A stretch of 64,000 bases of DNA from an uncultured virus (IMG/VR IMGVR_UViG_3300005611_000005) (taxonomy: Duplodnaviria; Heunggongvirae; Uroviricota; Caudoviricetes), in the IMG/VR virus record IMGVR_UViG_3300005611_000005. One strand, given 5' to 3'. How positions within the stretch are numbered: position 1 is the first letter of the stretch; each line of letters opens with the position of its first letter. Under the pieces are notes generated by a model. It had not been told where the DNA came from. It worked only from the letters and a program-made list of their open reading frames with translations, and ran no database searches. This document shows positions 25,157-35,469 of this stretch, piece by piece. Both the position numbers and the translations under genes were made by a program.

Positions 25157-27019
25157 ATGGCTCAGATACGAAAAGATATACGGTATTTAAATAAAGATTT
25201 TGATCAATACCGATCAAATTTGGTAGAGTTTGCAAAAACGTACTTTCCGAACGTTTACAATGATTTTAATGAATCGTCTCCTGGTTCAATATTTATTGAA
25301 TTAGCAGCGTATGTAGGAGATGTTTTGTCTTATTATACAGATAATCAGCTTAAGGAATCGTTAATGAGTTATACAAATACTCGTGCCAATGTCATTTCAT
25401 TAGCTTCGTCAAACTTTGGATATAAAGTTAAAAATAACATTCCAGCAACTGTCGATTTAGATGTATATCAATTATTACCAGCAAAAACGGTTGGTAGTGC
25501 AAAAGTTCCTGATTGGGACTATACATTGCAAATTCGAGAAAATATGACAGTAAATAATACATTTCGTACTGTTAGTTCAATAAATTTTGCTCAATCTAGC
25601 AGTTTCGATCCGACAGAAATTTCTATATATCAAGTTAATTCAGTAGACAATACTCCAGAATTTTATTTGTTAAAGAAAAAAGTTAAGGCGATTGCTGGTA
25701 CTTTACAAACGCAAGATTATACATTTAACGAAGCAAAGCGATTTGATAAAATATTAATTCCAGTAACTAATATCATTGAAATAGTTTCTGTAGTAGATTC
25801 AGATGGTAATACATGGTATGAAGTGCCATATTTAGCACAAGATACTATATTCGAAACTGTTTCTAATACAGTGCAAAATGATCCAGATTTGTACACGTAC
25901 GATAGCGTACCGTATTTACTTAAAATTAAAAAAACAGCTCGAAGATTTGTTACTCGATATCGATCTGACAATACATTAGAATTACAGTTTGGCCCCGGCG
26001 TTTCTGTTGATGATGATGAAGAAATAATTCCAAACCCAGACAATGTAGGATCTAGTTTAACAGGATTACAGACACAATTTGATAGGCCAATTGACCCGTC
26101 AAATTTCATGTATACAAAAACTTATGGACTAGCTCCTGCAAATACAACACTAACAGTTACGTATACAGTTGGCGGAGGCGTTACTTCTAACGTACCTGCT
26201 AAATCATTAACGCAAATATCACAAATAGAATATGTCACTGTTAACCAAAATTTGAATACAGCTTTGTTAAACAGAGTTAGAGCTTCAGTGGCATGCACTA
26301 ACCCAAATCCTGCATCTGGCGGTAAGAATCAAGAAACAATTGAAGAAATACGACAAAATGCTATCGCAAATTTTGCAGCACAAAATCGAGCCGTAACTGC
26401 GCAAGATTATATAATACGAGCTTATTCACTACCAACGAAATTCGGATCAGTTGCAAAAGCGTATGTAATGCAAGATCAGCAAATAAGTCCTGAAGATCCT
26501 AGTAAAATGATCGCTAATCCATTAGCTATCAATTTATATACGTTAGGATATAACAATAACAATAATTTAACTCCTCTTAATGCAGCAGTTAAAGAAAATT
26601 TACGTACGTATCTTACGCAATACCGAATGTTAACTGATGCTATTAACATAATGGACGCATTTATTATTAACATAGGAATTCGATTTGAAATTACAGTACT
26701 TCCAGAATATAATTCAAATGAAGTATTATTAAGATGCGTTTCTAGATTACGAAACATTTTTGATATTAATAGATGGCAAATTAATCAGCCTATTCTTTTA
26801 TCTAGAATGTATACTGAATTAGATCGAATTGAAGGTGTACAATCTGTACCAAATATTCGCGTCGTTAATCTATATGACGACACTTTAGGATATTCTGGAA
26901 ATGTATATGACATTGGTGCAGCGACTCGCGACGGTACAATTTATCCTTCGTTAGATCCTAGCATATTTGAAGTTAAATTTCCAGATTCAGATATCGTAGG
27001 AAAAGTAGTAGCATTATAA
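25157..27019 (+). CDS. Baseplate wedge subunit (T4 gp6 / P2 gpJ-like)
   Basis: DFDQYRSNL, IELAAYVGDVLSYY, QFG, GG..ETIEEIR, QNRAVTAQDY. Confidence 0.9.
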   Translation: MAQIRKDIRYLNKDFDQYRSNLVEFAKTYFPNVYNDFNESSPGSIFIELAAYVGDVLSYYTDNQLKESLMSYTNTRANVISLASSNFGYKVKNNIPATVDLDVYQLLPAKTVGSAKVPDWDYTLQIRENMTVNNTFRTVSSINFAQSSSFDPTEISIYQVNSVDNTPEFYLLKKKVKAIAGTLQTQDYTFNEAKRFDKILIPVTNIIEIVSVVDSDGNTWYEVPYLAQDTIFETVSNTVQNDPDLYTYDSVPYLLKIKKTARRFVTRYRSDNTLELQFGPGVSVDDDEEIIPNPDNVGSSLTGLQTQFDRPIDPSNFMYTKTYGLAPANTTLTVTYTVGGGVTSNVPAKSLTQISQIEYVTVNQNLNTALLNRVRASVACTNPNPASGGKNQETIEEIRQNAIANFAAQNRAVTAQDYIIRAYSLPTKFGSVAKAYVMQDQQISPEDPSKMIANPLAINLYTLGYNNNNNLTPLNAAVKENLRTYLTQYRMLTDAINIMDAFIINIGIRFEITVLPEYNSNEVLLRCVSRLRNIFDINRWQINQPILLSRMYTELDRIEGVQSVPNIRVVNLYDDTLGYSGNVYDIGAATRDGTIYPSLDPSIFEVKFPDSDIVGKVVAL

Positions 27020-27030
27020 AAATATAAATT

Positions 27031-28146
27031 ATGATTTGGTCAGTCCCTGCATTAAAAGACACAACGATATATGAATCTGATCCGTATAGAAATTCTGGAT
27101 TAGATCAAGTATTAGAACTACGAAAAATAGGCGATACAACGACTAACGATTTAGAAGAATCTAGAATATTAATTCAATTTGATATATCAGATCTTTCAAA
27201 CGTTTTAACTACTAACAATATAACGATAAACGATATATCTGCTAGTTTAAACTTATATAGTGTTCAAGTATCTGAAGTACCAACTACATATACTATTGAA
27301 TCTAAAGCTTTAGCAGTATCTTGGTCAAATGGTACAGGATATTCAACGACACCTTCAGGAGAAATTTCCGCAGTATTAGCAACAGACGGAGCTACATGGA
27401 TTTCAACTGCGGGTTCAGGTTCATTAACATGGAGCGCATCGTTGTCAGATAGCACTCAACTTCAATACAATTCTGCTTCTGTAGGAGGAGGCGTTTGGTA
27501 TACATCTTCAATAGCTAGTCAATCATTTAATCGTAAAACAACAGACGATTTATCAGTTGATATTACGAATATTGTAAAAAATTGGTATAATGAAACGTTT
27601 ACAAATAACGGAGTTGTAGTATCATTTAAAAATTCAGAAATTTCTGCAGCCAATTATCCGAATACAAACTTACAATTTTATTCTTCAGATACTAATACAA
27701 TTTACGAGCCACAGTTGTATATTAGTTGGACAGGAAGCGTATCATACGCAACAGGTTCATTAGCTGCTATTACATACAATGATTTTCCAATTGTATATTC
27801 TAGAAATTTTCATGGAGAATATAAACAAGGAAGAAAAATAAGAATAATGTTAGCTGCTAGAGACAAGTATCCTAGAAAAACATTTAGCCAAAATTCAGAT
27901 TTTACTACAGTAAAAGCACTTCCACAAAATTCATATTATCAGGTTTTAGACGCCCATAATAATAAAATACTTATTCCATATAGCAATGCTACGAAAATTT
28001 CAGCAGATTCTAACGGAGCGTATTTTGATTTATATACAACAATGATGTATCCAGAACGTTATTATAAATTTGAAATTAAATCTGAATTTACTGATATAAC
28101 TGAATATTTTTCATCTAACGATTTTACGTTTAAAATAATTGAATAA
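27031..28146 (+). CDS. Beta-rich structural protein (DNRLRE-like)
   Basis: KDTTIYE, RILIQFD, VDITNIVKNW, FYSSD, PQLYISW. Confidence 0.6.
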   Translation: MIWSVPALKDTTIYESDPYRNSGLDQVLELRKIGDTTTNDLEESRILIQFDISDLSNVLTTNNITINDISASLNLYSVQVSEVPTTYTIESKALAVSWSNGTGYSTTPSGEISAVLATDGATWISTAGSGSLTWSASLSDSTQLQYNSASVGGGVWYTSSIASQSFNRKTTDDLSVDITNIVKNWYNETFTNNGVVVSFKNSEISAANYPNTNLQFYSSDTNTIYEPQLYISWTGSVSYATGSLAAITYNDFPIVYSRNFHGEYKQGRKIRIMLAARDKYPRKTFSQNSDFTTVKALPQNSYYQVLDAHNNKILIPYSNATKISADSNGAYFDLYTTMMYPERYYKFEIKSEFTDITEYFSSNDFTFKIIE

Positions 28147-29237
28147 TGCCAGAGCAACGATATCCAGCAGATACGTCCGGGGGTGCACAATTTTCTCCTA
28201 GAGTTAGTGATGAACTATTTAATCCACCGCCAGCAAATCCGTACGAGCCTATTAATTTAGATAACAGTCAAGAAAGAAGGCCACCTGCTACATATTACGA
28301 ACAATGTCAGTTTCTTAAATTAGATGACCGATATACAGTTTCCGATCGAATTAAATTAGAATCGATACGAAATATAACGAATGAACCGTATAAACAATTA
28401 GAAGGCGGTACTATTCAAATTGATAAAAATGTAGATTTAACAAATCAAAGACAATTTGTAAGTTTATTTGCAACTAAAACTACATATAAAAAAATACAAG
28501 AAGCTATAGACACGGAATTTGAAGAATTTGTAGCGCCCGAGCCTGACATCATACCATCATTGACTAAGGCTATACAAGATTTAGAATCTGATGTAGCGGA
28601 GTTATTAGCTCAAACGCGAGTTGATTCGACTACAATCGATAGACTTCGACAACAAATTGCTGAATTGCAAGCTCAATTAGATTTAGCTAGAAGACCACCC
28701 GAGTTTATTAATGAAGTACCAGATATTGTTACTGCTGGTGGTGGTTTATATTCTGATAGAACTGGGTTACCAGGAGCGCCAAACGCGCCTAGAATTGGTA
28801 ATATGCTATTATCAAAAAATAGAACTGCGAAATTAATGATACTACTAGGTACGGTTACTGACATTACTGGAGCTACTAGAACAAGAGCTAGGTTACAAGT
28901 ATACCTTGGAGAATTTGATGAAAAAGGCAGTCCATTACCAGGTACAGTACAAACTTTAGGTTTTAGTATTATATCAAATCCAGCCATTGAATTTGGTCCA
29001 GATGCTGTAGTTGCATTACGTTGGTCTAATCGAAATTTAAATTGGAGTTTTTTCCGGTATGACAGAACCCTAGGAGAAGAAGCAAGTTCTCGAGAACTTT
29101 GGTCAACTAGCGACTTTACAGGCCCAGCAAACGCACCTGTATTCAGAGGTAATTCTTCTGTACAAATTACCGATGCTGGTATTATACAAATAGCTAATGA
29201 CGGTATTCCACTTTGGTCGTCATATAATCGAGGATAA
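28146..29237 (+). CDS. Putative structural protein (coiled coil plus beta domain)
   Basis: Within the baseplate operon; central heptad repeats. Confidence 0.6.
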   Translation: MPEQRYPADTSGGAQFSPRVSDELFNPPPANPYEPINLDNSQERRPPATYYEQCQFLKLDDRYTVSDRIKLESIRNITNEPYKQLEGGTIQIDKNVDLTNQRQFVSLFATKTTYKKIQEAIDTEFEEFVAPEPDIIPSLTKAIQDLESDVAELLAQTRVDSTTIDRLRQQIAELQAQLDLARRPPEFINEVPDIVTAGGGLYSDRTGLPGAPNAPRIGNMLLSKNRTAKLMILLGTVTDITGATRTRARLQVYLGEFDEKGSPLPGTVQTLGFSIISNPAIEFGPDAVVALRWSNRNLNWSFFRYDRTLGEEASSRELWSTSDFTGPANAPVFRGNSSVQITDAGIIQIANDGIPLWSSYNRG

Positions 29238-29277
29238 ACAATAATATCTAAGTTAGATATTTATTTAAAAGTAAGTA

Positions 29278-32200
29278 ATGCCATTTTCAAATTATACTAA
29301 CGAGCAAGATATCTTAAATTCTAGAAATTTAGTACGAGGTGTAAGGCTTAATACTAAAGATTTAGAATTTTTAGATTTACGGCCATATTCAGTACAAGCC
29401 TCGTACCCTGCTCCGCCTATTACTGAAATGCATGTATATACTTCAGATGGAGTATACATTAATGGATTACATAACATAAATCAGTATTCAAAAGTAGAAT
29501 TTAATGATAATAATTCCGGAGATGTCGTAGAGCAATACTTAAGTGTCGACACGAATTCTGCGTTAGAAGAATTAAATTTAACTAGAGGGCAATATAAAAT
29601 TGTATACAATACATTATATAATGTAATTGGATCGTATGAAGGTCAGAAACTATGGGTTTATGAAATTTCTCCTTCTAGAAGGGAAGTACGAATTCGTTTA
29701 ACAGATAATGAAAGTAATACACTTCGTAGCGAGCTTTTAAACTTTTACAATTATTATATAGCTCGGTCAAAACCTTCTGATTTATTTAATACATATACAT
29801 TAAATTTCGGATTTAATAACATCGTTCCGATCGTTAATATTCGATTTGATAGACGTAATTCTGCGAATCCTGAAATAGTATTGCGTTTATATTCTCCACT
29901 ACCTGCAGATATTGAAGAAAAAGATAAGTGTTGGATTTCATTTGAAGTATCTAATCCAGCAGTAACTTCAGTAACTATTACACCGCAAATACCAGAACGT
30001 ACTTTTAATAGATTATCTGGACCTAATTTTGATTTAGAGGAATTGGAGTCTACTTCAATTGCTACCGATTTCAAATCATGGAATGATTTATTAGGTTCGA
30101 ATATTACTACGTCGCAACAGTTAGTCGATTCATACTTTTCAGGCTCGTTATCTGGAATTAAATTGAACATTAACTATCGATTGTTTGATAATTACGTACA
30201 CTATTCATCTGCAGTCGAAAGAGTAAAGAACTTTCATTATAAGCTTCAGTTAATTGAATATTATTCAGATCAAATACAAACTTTATCTCAAGTAAATGGC
30301 GGCGATATTACCAACGTTAATATTCAAGATGTTTTTAGTAAACGTAACAGCGTTGTAAGCAGTTTTGATGATTTTGAAAAGTATTTGTTTTTTGAATCGA
30401 CAGGAAGTAAATTATATACACATTATGATATAACAGGATCAATCGATCCATGGCCAAAAACTCAGCCAACTAGTCTACAATGGCAACAGGCATATATGCT
30501 ATGGAGTCAGTTTTCGCAAACCTGGCAAGTAAGTTCAGGACCTGATCCATACGGTTATTTTTCAACTCAAGTACGCACCACGTCAGCTCAAGGACAAACG
30601 TACTATCAAAACTTATTAAGTTTAGCTAAGACTTACGATGATAATAATGTGCATAAATTAGAAAATGCAATACCATTGCATTTACGAAATTTAGAAGATG
30701 CTGATCAGTTTCTTTTATTTGTACATATGTTAGGTCATCATTTTGATATATTATGGACATACATTAATAGTTTAACTTTAATACATTCTAGAGAAGAACA
30801 TCCTAAAGATGGTATGTCAGATGATTTACTTTATCATGTAGCAGAGTCGTTAGGATTTAAATTAATTGACGGTAGGTCTGTTTCGGATTTATGGAAATAT
30901 ACTATTGGAGTCGATGAAAATGGAGATGTAATACAACAAAATGTCGACGGTAGAACTTCCTTATCAGATAGAAACTCTACTAGAGAAGTATGGAGGCGAA
31001 TTGTTAATAACTTACCTTATATACTTAAAAACAAAGGCACGTCTAGATCGATTAAAGCTTTATTGTCTTGTTTTGGAATTCCATCAACGGTATTGACTAT
31101 TAAGGAATATGGCGGCCCATCGACGTTTACAGACAACGATCATTTTCCTGAATATGTACATGATGTATATCATTATGCGTGGCTTTCAGATACTGGTAGT
31201 TTAGAATTACCTGTTACTACGTATGTAAATTCTTTAGGAAATACAATATCTGCAAATACATTACAATTTAGGTTTAAGACAGATGAAAATTTTAGTTATA
31301 CACCTAATAGTTATTACAATATATTTTCTGCCCCAAGCGCTTCAGTTAATGATGTATATCATTTAATATTAAATACTTCAAATGTATTAAATGAAGGTAC
31401 GTTAACTTTGTTTAATTCTGTAACAGGTAATGCAGTTTCAGCATCAAATGTATACATATTTGACAACAGTTGGCATAATGTATATGTAGAATCGACAAAT
31501 TCTACAGGATCGTTGAAAGTAGCCAGAACCAAATATGGAAAAGCTACATACATAAAATCATCTAGTTTTTCTGGAGATTTAAATGTATTTCCAACTACTG
31601 GTACAGAAACATTTACTTTTGCTTCTGGATCTAGAGCACTATCATCGCCAGTAACACTTCCGAACGGAACAACCGTTTCTAATTTATCTAAATTTAATGG
31701 CCATTATCATGAAATTCGTATTTGGTCTGGTACATTAAATGATGCTACAATTCGAGAGCATGGAGCGTCGCCTAATACATATACATACAATATCGATCGA
31801 ATATCGCTGTCGACAGGCGAACAAGCTTCGAAACCATATGATCATTTATTACAACGATTTACGTTGGCAAATAAACAAATTGAAAGCGGATCATTTTATC
31901 AAAATTCAGTACATCCTAATCAGCGAATTAATACAGGCTCACTTTATTTTATAGGATTTACCAATTCAGGATCGATTAATTTTGAAGGGTTTGAAGAACA
32001 GTATACTACGCCGTCGCCATCTTTAGGTGGCAATAGTTTATATACAAATAAAATTCGAATTGACTCGTCTAGTTTTATTCCTGGACGCACATTAAATACT
32101 AAAACTCGAGCTACCAGATCTAGTTTAGATAGATATTCATTAGATTCTAATCGTTTAGGAGTATATTTTTCACCACAAACGGCAATTAATGAAGATATCT

Positions 32201-33366
32201 TCAATCAATTAGGTTATTTTGAAATTGACGATTATATAGGAGATCCGAACGATGAATATTCTGAAAAGTATCCTAGATTAATTAATTTTTCTACAAATTA
32301 CTGGAAAAAGTATGATAATCGAAATGATTTTGAAGCTTATTTTCGAGCTTTAGAAATTTATGATTTTTCATTGTTTAAGTATATTAAACAACTTCTACCT
32401 AACAGAGCTAATCCAATTGTAGGACTATTGGTTGAACCAAATGTGCTGGAACGAAGCAAAGTTCGCATAATGCGAAACAAGCCTGGTATTGAAGATCTTA
32501 CTTACGATATGTCTTTGGAACGCGAGCCTGAATTGACAGGCGAGTATAGTTCTATACCAATGACTATTGATTGGCCATTAGAAATTGAATCTAATGTTAA
32601 TGACGATATATCATTTGGAATTGACATTTCTAGAAATTCAGAAATTGAATTTTCTTCAGAAGTTTTAAGTAATTTTGAAGTTGGTCAAATTGATAATTTA
32701 ACTAATCAAAATAAATTACCAAACCAGTGGATACAAAATCGATATATTGGAGTTTATAAAATACAAGAATCTGCATCGTATGTAGCATACGACCCTAATT
32801 CAATTGTATTAAATTCAAGACCGTCTACGTATTTAGTTGACAAAGAAGAAAGATATAAAATTTTAGCATGGTCAGGGTCAAGTAGTACTGCATCAGGCGG
32901 TTTTATTGCTAGATTTAACCTTCCATATCCAGGAACGTATTATGTAAGTGCATCATTTGATGATTTAAATGCGGATGTCGATATACGTACTCCTACTCTT
33001 TTAGATACGATACCAAGAATTTCTGCATCTAATCGAACAGGATCGTATGACAATGAGTTCAGAATTAATACAAATTTATTAACATTTCGAAATGCCGGAG
33101 CTAACCCTGTCGTAACTAAACAAATATTAATTTATCAACTTAACTATTCTCAAACTCAAGATTTCATACCACGTGGTACATTAAATCATCGTTATTTAGG
33201 ATCTAAATTAACAGCTTCTGCAGTTAACGTTGATACATCTGTAACAATTGACGGAGGGCCAGTAGTTAAAGTAACTGAAGTCAATCCTAATAAATTAGTA
33301 TTTTCTTCTAACCAATTAACGACTGTATCGAAAACAATATCAGGTAAACAAACCAAATCAAATTAA
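29278..33366 (+). CDS. Large baseplate wedge protein (gp7/gpI-like plus LamG-like region)
   Basis: 1362 aa; LKNKGTSRSIKALLSCFG motif; FNGHYHEIRIW. Confidence 0.7.
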   Translation: MPFSNYTNEQDILNSRNLVRGVRLNTKDLEFLDLRPYSVQASYPAPPITEMHVYTSDGVYINGLHNINQYSKVEFNDNNSGDVVEQYLSVDTNSALEELNLTRGQYKIVYNTLYNVIGSYEGQKLWVYEISPSRREVRIRLTDNESNTLRSELLNFYNYYIARSKPSDLFNTYTLNFGFNNIVPIVNIRFDRRNSANPEIVLRLYSPLPADIEEKDKCWISFEVSNPAVTSVTITPQIPERTFNRLSGPNFDLEELESTSIATDFKSWNDLLGSNITTSQQLVDSYFSGSLSGIKLNINYRLFDNYVHYSSAVERVKNFHYKLQLIEYYSDQIQTLSQVNGGDITNVNIQDVFSKRNSVVSSFDDFEKYLFFESTGSKLYTHYDITGSIDPWPKTQPTSLQWQQAYMLWSQFSQTWQVSSGPDPYGYFSTQVRTTSAQGQTYYQNLLSLAKTYDDNNVHKLENAIPLHLRNLEDADQFLLFVHMLGHHFDILWTYINSLTLIHSREEHPKDGMSDDLLYHVAESLGFKLIDGRSVSDLWKYTIGVDENGDVIQQNVDGRTSLSDRNSTREVWRRIVNNLPYILKNKGTSRSIKALLSCFGIPSTVLTIKEYGGPSTFTDNDHFPEYVHDVYHYAWLSDTGSLELPVTTYVNSLGNTISANTLQFRFKTDENFSYTPNSYYNIFSAPSASVNDVYHLILNTSNVLNEGTLTLFNSVTGNAVSASNVYIFDNSWHNVYVESTNSTGSLKVARTKYGKATYIKSSSFSGDLNVFPTTGTETFTFASGSRALSSPVTLPNGTTVSNLSKFNGHYHEIRIWSGTLNDATIREHGASPNTYTYNIDRISLSTGEQASKPYDHLLQRFTLANKQIESGSFYQNSVHPNQRINTGSLYFIGFTNSGSINFEGFEEQYTTPSPSLGGNSLYTNKIRIDSSSFIPGRTLNTKTRATRSSLDRYSLDSNRLGVYFSPQTAINEDIFNQLGYFEIDDYIGDPNDEYSEKYPRLINFSTNYWKKYDNRNDFEAYFRALEIYDFSLFKYIKQLLPNRANPIVGLLVEPNVLERSKVRIMRNKPGIEDLTYDMSLEREPELTGEYSSIPMTIDWPLEIESNVNDDISFGIDISRNSEIEFSSEVLSNFEVGQIDNLTNQNKLPNQWIQNRYIGVYKIQESASYVAYDPNSIVLNSRPSTYLVDKEERYKILAWSGSSSTASGGFIARFNLPYPGTYYVSASFDDLNADVDIRTPTLLDTIPRISASNRTGSYDNEFRINTNLLTFRNAGANPVVTKQILIYQLNYSQTQDFIPRGTLNHRYLGSKLTASAVNVDTSVTIDGGPVVKVTEVNPNKLVFSSNQLTTVSKTISGKQTKSN

Positions 33367-33404
33367 GATTTTAAGAATATCTATATTTATTTAAAAGAAA
33401 GATT

Positions 33405-34082
33405 ATGGGATACTTAGACAATAGTTCAATAACTGTTGATGCCATTTTAACTAAAAAAGGTCGAGAACTTCTATCTCGGGGCAAAGACGAATTTAAAATT
33501 TCACAATTTGCTTTAGCAGATGATGAAATTGATTACGATTTATGGAATCCAGCACATCCGCTAGGATCTGATTATTATGGAATTATCATTGAAAATATGC
33601 CGTTAGTCGAGGCTACGTCAGACGAATCAAATATTATGCGTTATAAATTAGTAACGTTACCTAAGAGAACATCTAGAATTCCAGTAATATCAGTAGCTCA
33701 AACGTCTATTACGTTAACGAGTCCTGGACAAAGATTTACAATTACTCCGACTACAATCAATTTTAGTGCAGGAAATTCTACTTTAGGATATACGGCTATT
33801 TTAGCAAATTCCGATGCAGTTAGTCTTAGAACAGTTCTACCAGTTACTGCTGGAGTTAGTCCATCTGTACCTAGATTTATCGGAGATGCTGAATCTGCTC
33901 AATCTATTTCGGTTACTGGATTTAGTTTTGAATTAATTGCGAAACAACAGTTAGTATCTGACGTTAATACAACAGTAACTATTATAGGAAATGAATCTGG
34001 AGGTCGAGTTACAGTTAATGTTACCGTTAAGAAAACGGAACTAGCTACTGCAGCATTCGCGACAATTATTAATGCACAATAA
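33405..34082 (+). CDS. Baseplate / tail-fibre attachment protein
   Basis: AILTKKGRELL...FALADDEIDY resembles tail-collar N-terminal domains. Confidence 0.6.
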   Translation: MGYLDNSSITVDAILTKKGRELLSRGKDEFKISQFALADDEIDYDLWNPAHPLGSDYYGIIIENMPLVEATSDESNIMRYKLVTLPKRTSRIPVISVAQTSITLTSPGQRFTITPTTINFSAGNSTLGYTAILANSDAVSLRTVLPVTAGVSPSVPRFIGDAESAQSISVTGFSFELIAKQQLVSDVNTTVTIIGNESGGRVTVNVTVKKTELATAAFATIINAQ

Positions 34083-34093
34083 ATTAATATAAT

Positions 34094-35413
34094 ATGGGAA
34101 ATACATCAGAAGGGTTAAGTTTAGGTACCGGGCGAGGCGGAATTGTCGCTCCAACCGCAGGAACAACCGGACCAAGCGTTATAGCTACAGGTCTACCCGA
34201 AGGATTTGGAGCAGCAATTGAAGCGGAACGTCAACGAGTAATTGACGATCAAACTCAAGTCAATCTTCAAGCAGAAATTGATAGAAGAGCTCGTGAAATT
34301 GCAGATCAAATTATCGCAGATTTAGCTCGTCAAAATCGAGCAGCTGCAAATGGTAGAGTATTTACTAGATTTGACTTAGCTAGCGACGTTATTGAAAACC
34401 AGAAAACAGAAGTTACTACTGGAGTATTTTCTGGAAATGCAGCTACAATGTCAGCGGCATATACATCGTCAGCTCAAAGCGTATCATCTAAAAAATATTT
34501 TTACGATGTATGGAACGGTACATCATCGACATCAGAATCGCAATTTGCAGTAGCGTATGGCCATAGATTAGGCTCAGGCTCTTCTGCAGACGGAACGTTA
34601 AATGATTCACCGACACGAGCTATTTATTCACAATATCGTTTATTATTACTTGATCCAACAGATACTACATTTACTTTTGCTAATTCTACAGATTCAAATT
34701 CAGTATATTTCGTAAACTATAATCGTGCTAGAATTAAAGAAAAATTAGATACAGGTAATTGGGAACTTACTTTAGGCCAGCTTAGTGGTTCAGCAGTTCC
34801 GAACAATGTACATACTGGATCTAATGTTAGATTAGCAGATTCTCCTTCATTTATTACATTAATTGACGATTCAAATCAGTCGCAGCAAAATTTTTTATCT
34901 AACGGGTCGAGAGTTTATAACATTGTATCAGGGTCGCTAATTAATGGAGTATATTCACCGTCTTCACCGGTATATTATGGATTAGCTTATCCTGATTTAG
35001 GTATTCTAGCACTAAATGCTGACATCTTAGATGTGTCTGCCTCATTTAATACAGTAACAGGATCGAATATTGCTGGAGATAATGCCTTTAAATTGTTTAC
35101 TGCAATATCAGGAGCAATGGCTACTAGCACAACATATGCAGCTCAAGGAAGATCTGCAGAAACAGTGTCTTCGACTCATTATTTCGTTCGAGTAAAAAAT
35201 GCTGAATATAATTTTTCAAATAATCCGACATTCGTCACTGGATCAGTAGGAGAAATTGCTCAACCGACCTTTATTAACGATCCTAAAGTTTATATTACAA
35301 CTATAGGTATGTATAACGATCGTCAAGAACTTCTAGCTGTCGGTAAATTGAGTCAGCCAATTAAGAAGACCTTCAGTAATGAAGTTCTAATTAAAGTTAA
35401 ACTCGATTTTTAA
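34094..35413 (+). CDS. Baseplate/tail structural protein
   Basis: C-terminal YITTIGMYNDRQELLAVGKLSQPIKK, shared with the next gene. Confidence 0.65.
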   Translation: MGNTSEGLSLGTGRGGIVAPTAGTTGPSVIATGLPEGFGAAIEAERQRVIDDQTQVNLQAEIDRRAREIADQIIADLARQNRAAANGRVFTRFDLASDVIENQKTEVTTGVFSGNAATMSAAYTSSAQSVSSKKYFYDVWNGTSSTSESQFAVAYGHRLGSGSSADGTLNDSPTRAIYSQYRLLLLDPTDTTFTFANSTDSNSVYFVNYNRARIKEKLDTGNWELTLGQLSGSAVPNNVHTGSNVRLADSPSFITLIDDSNQSQQNFLSNGSRVYNIVSGSLINGVYSPSSPVYYGLAYPDLGILALNADILDVSASFNTVTGSNIAGDNAFKLFTAISGAMATSTTYAAQGRSAETVSSTHYFVRVKNAEYNFSNNPTFVTGSVGEIAQPTFINDPKVYITTIGMYNDRQELLAVGKLSQPIKKTFSNEVLIKVKLDF

Positions 35414-35469
35414 TACCTAATAAGTAGACACTTTGATATTTATTATTAAAGAGGCTATTTACTATCTTT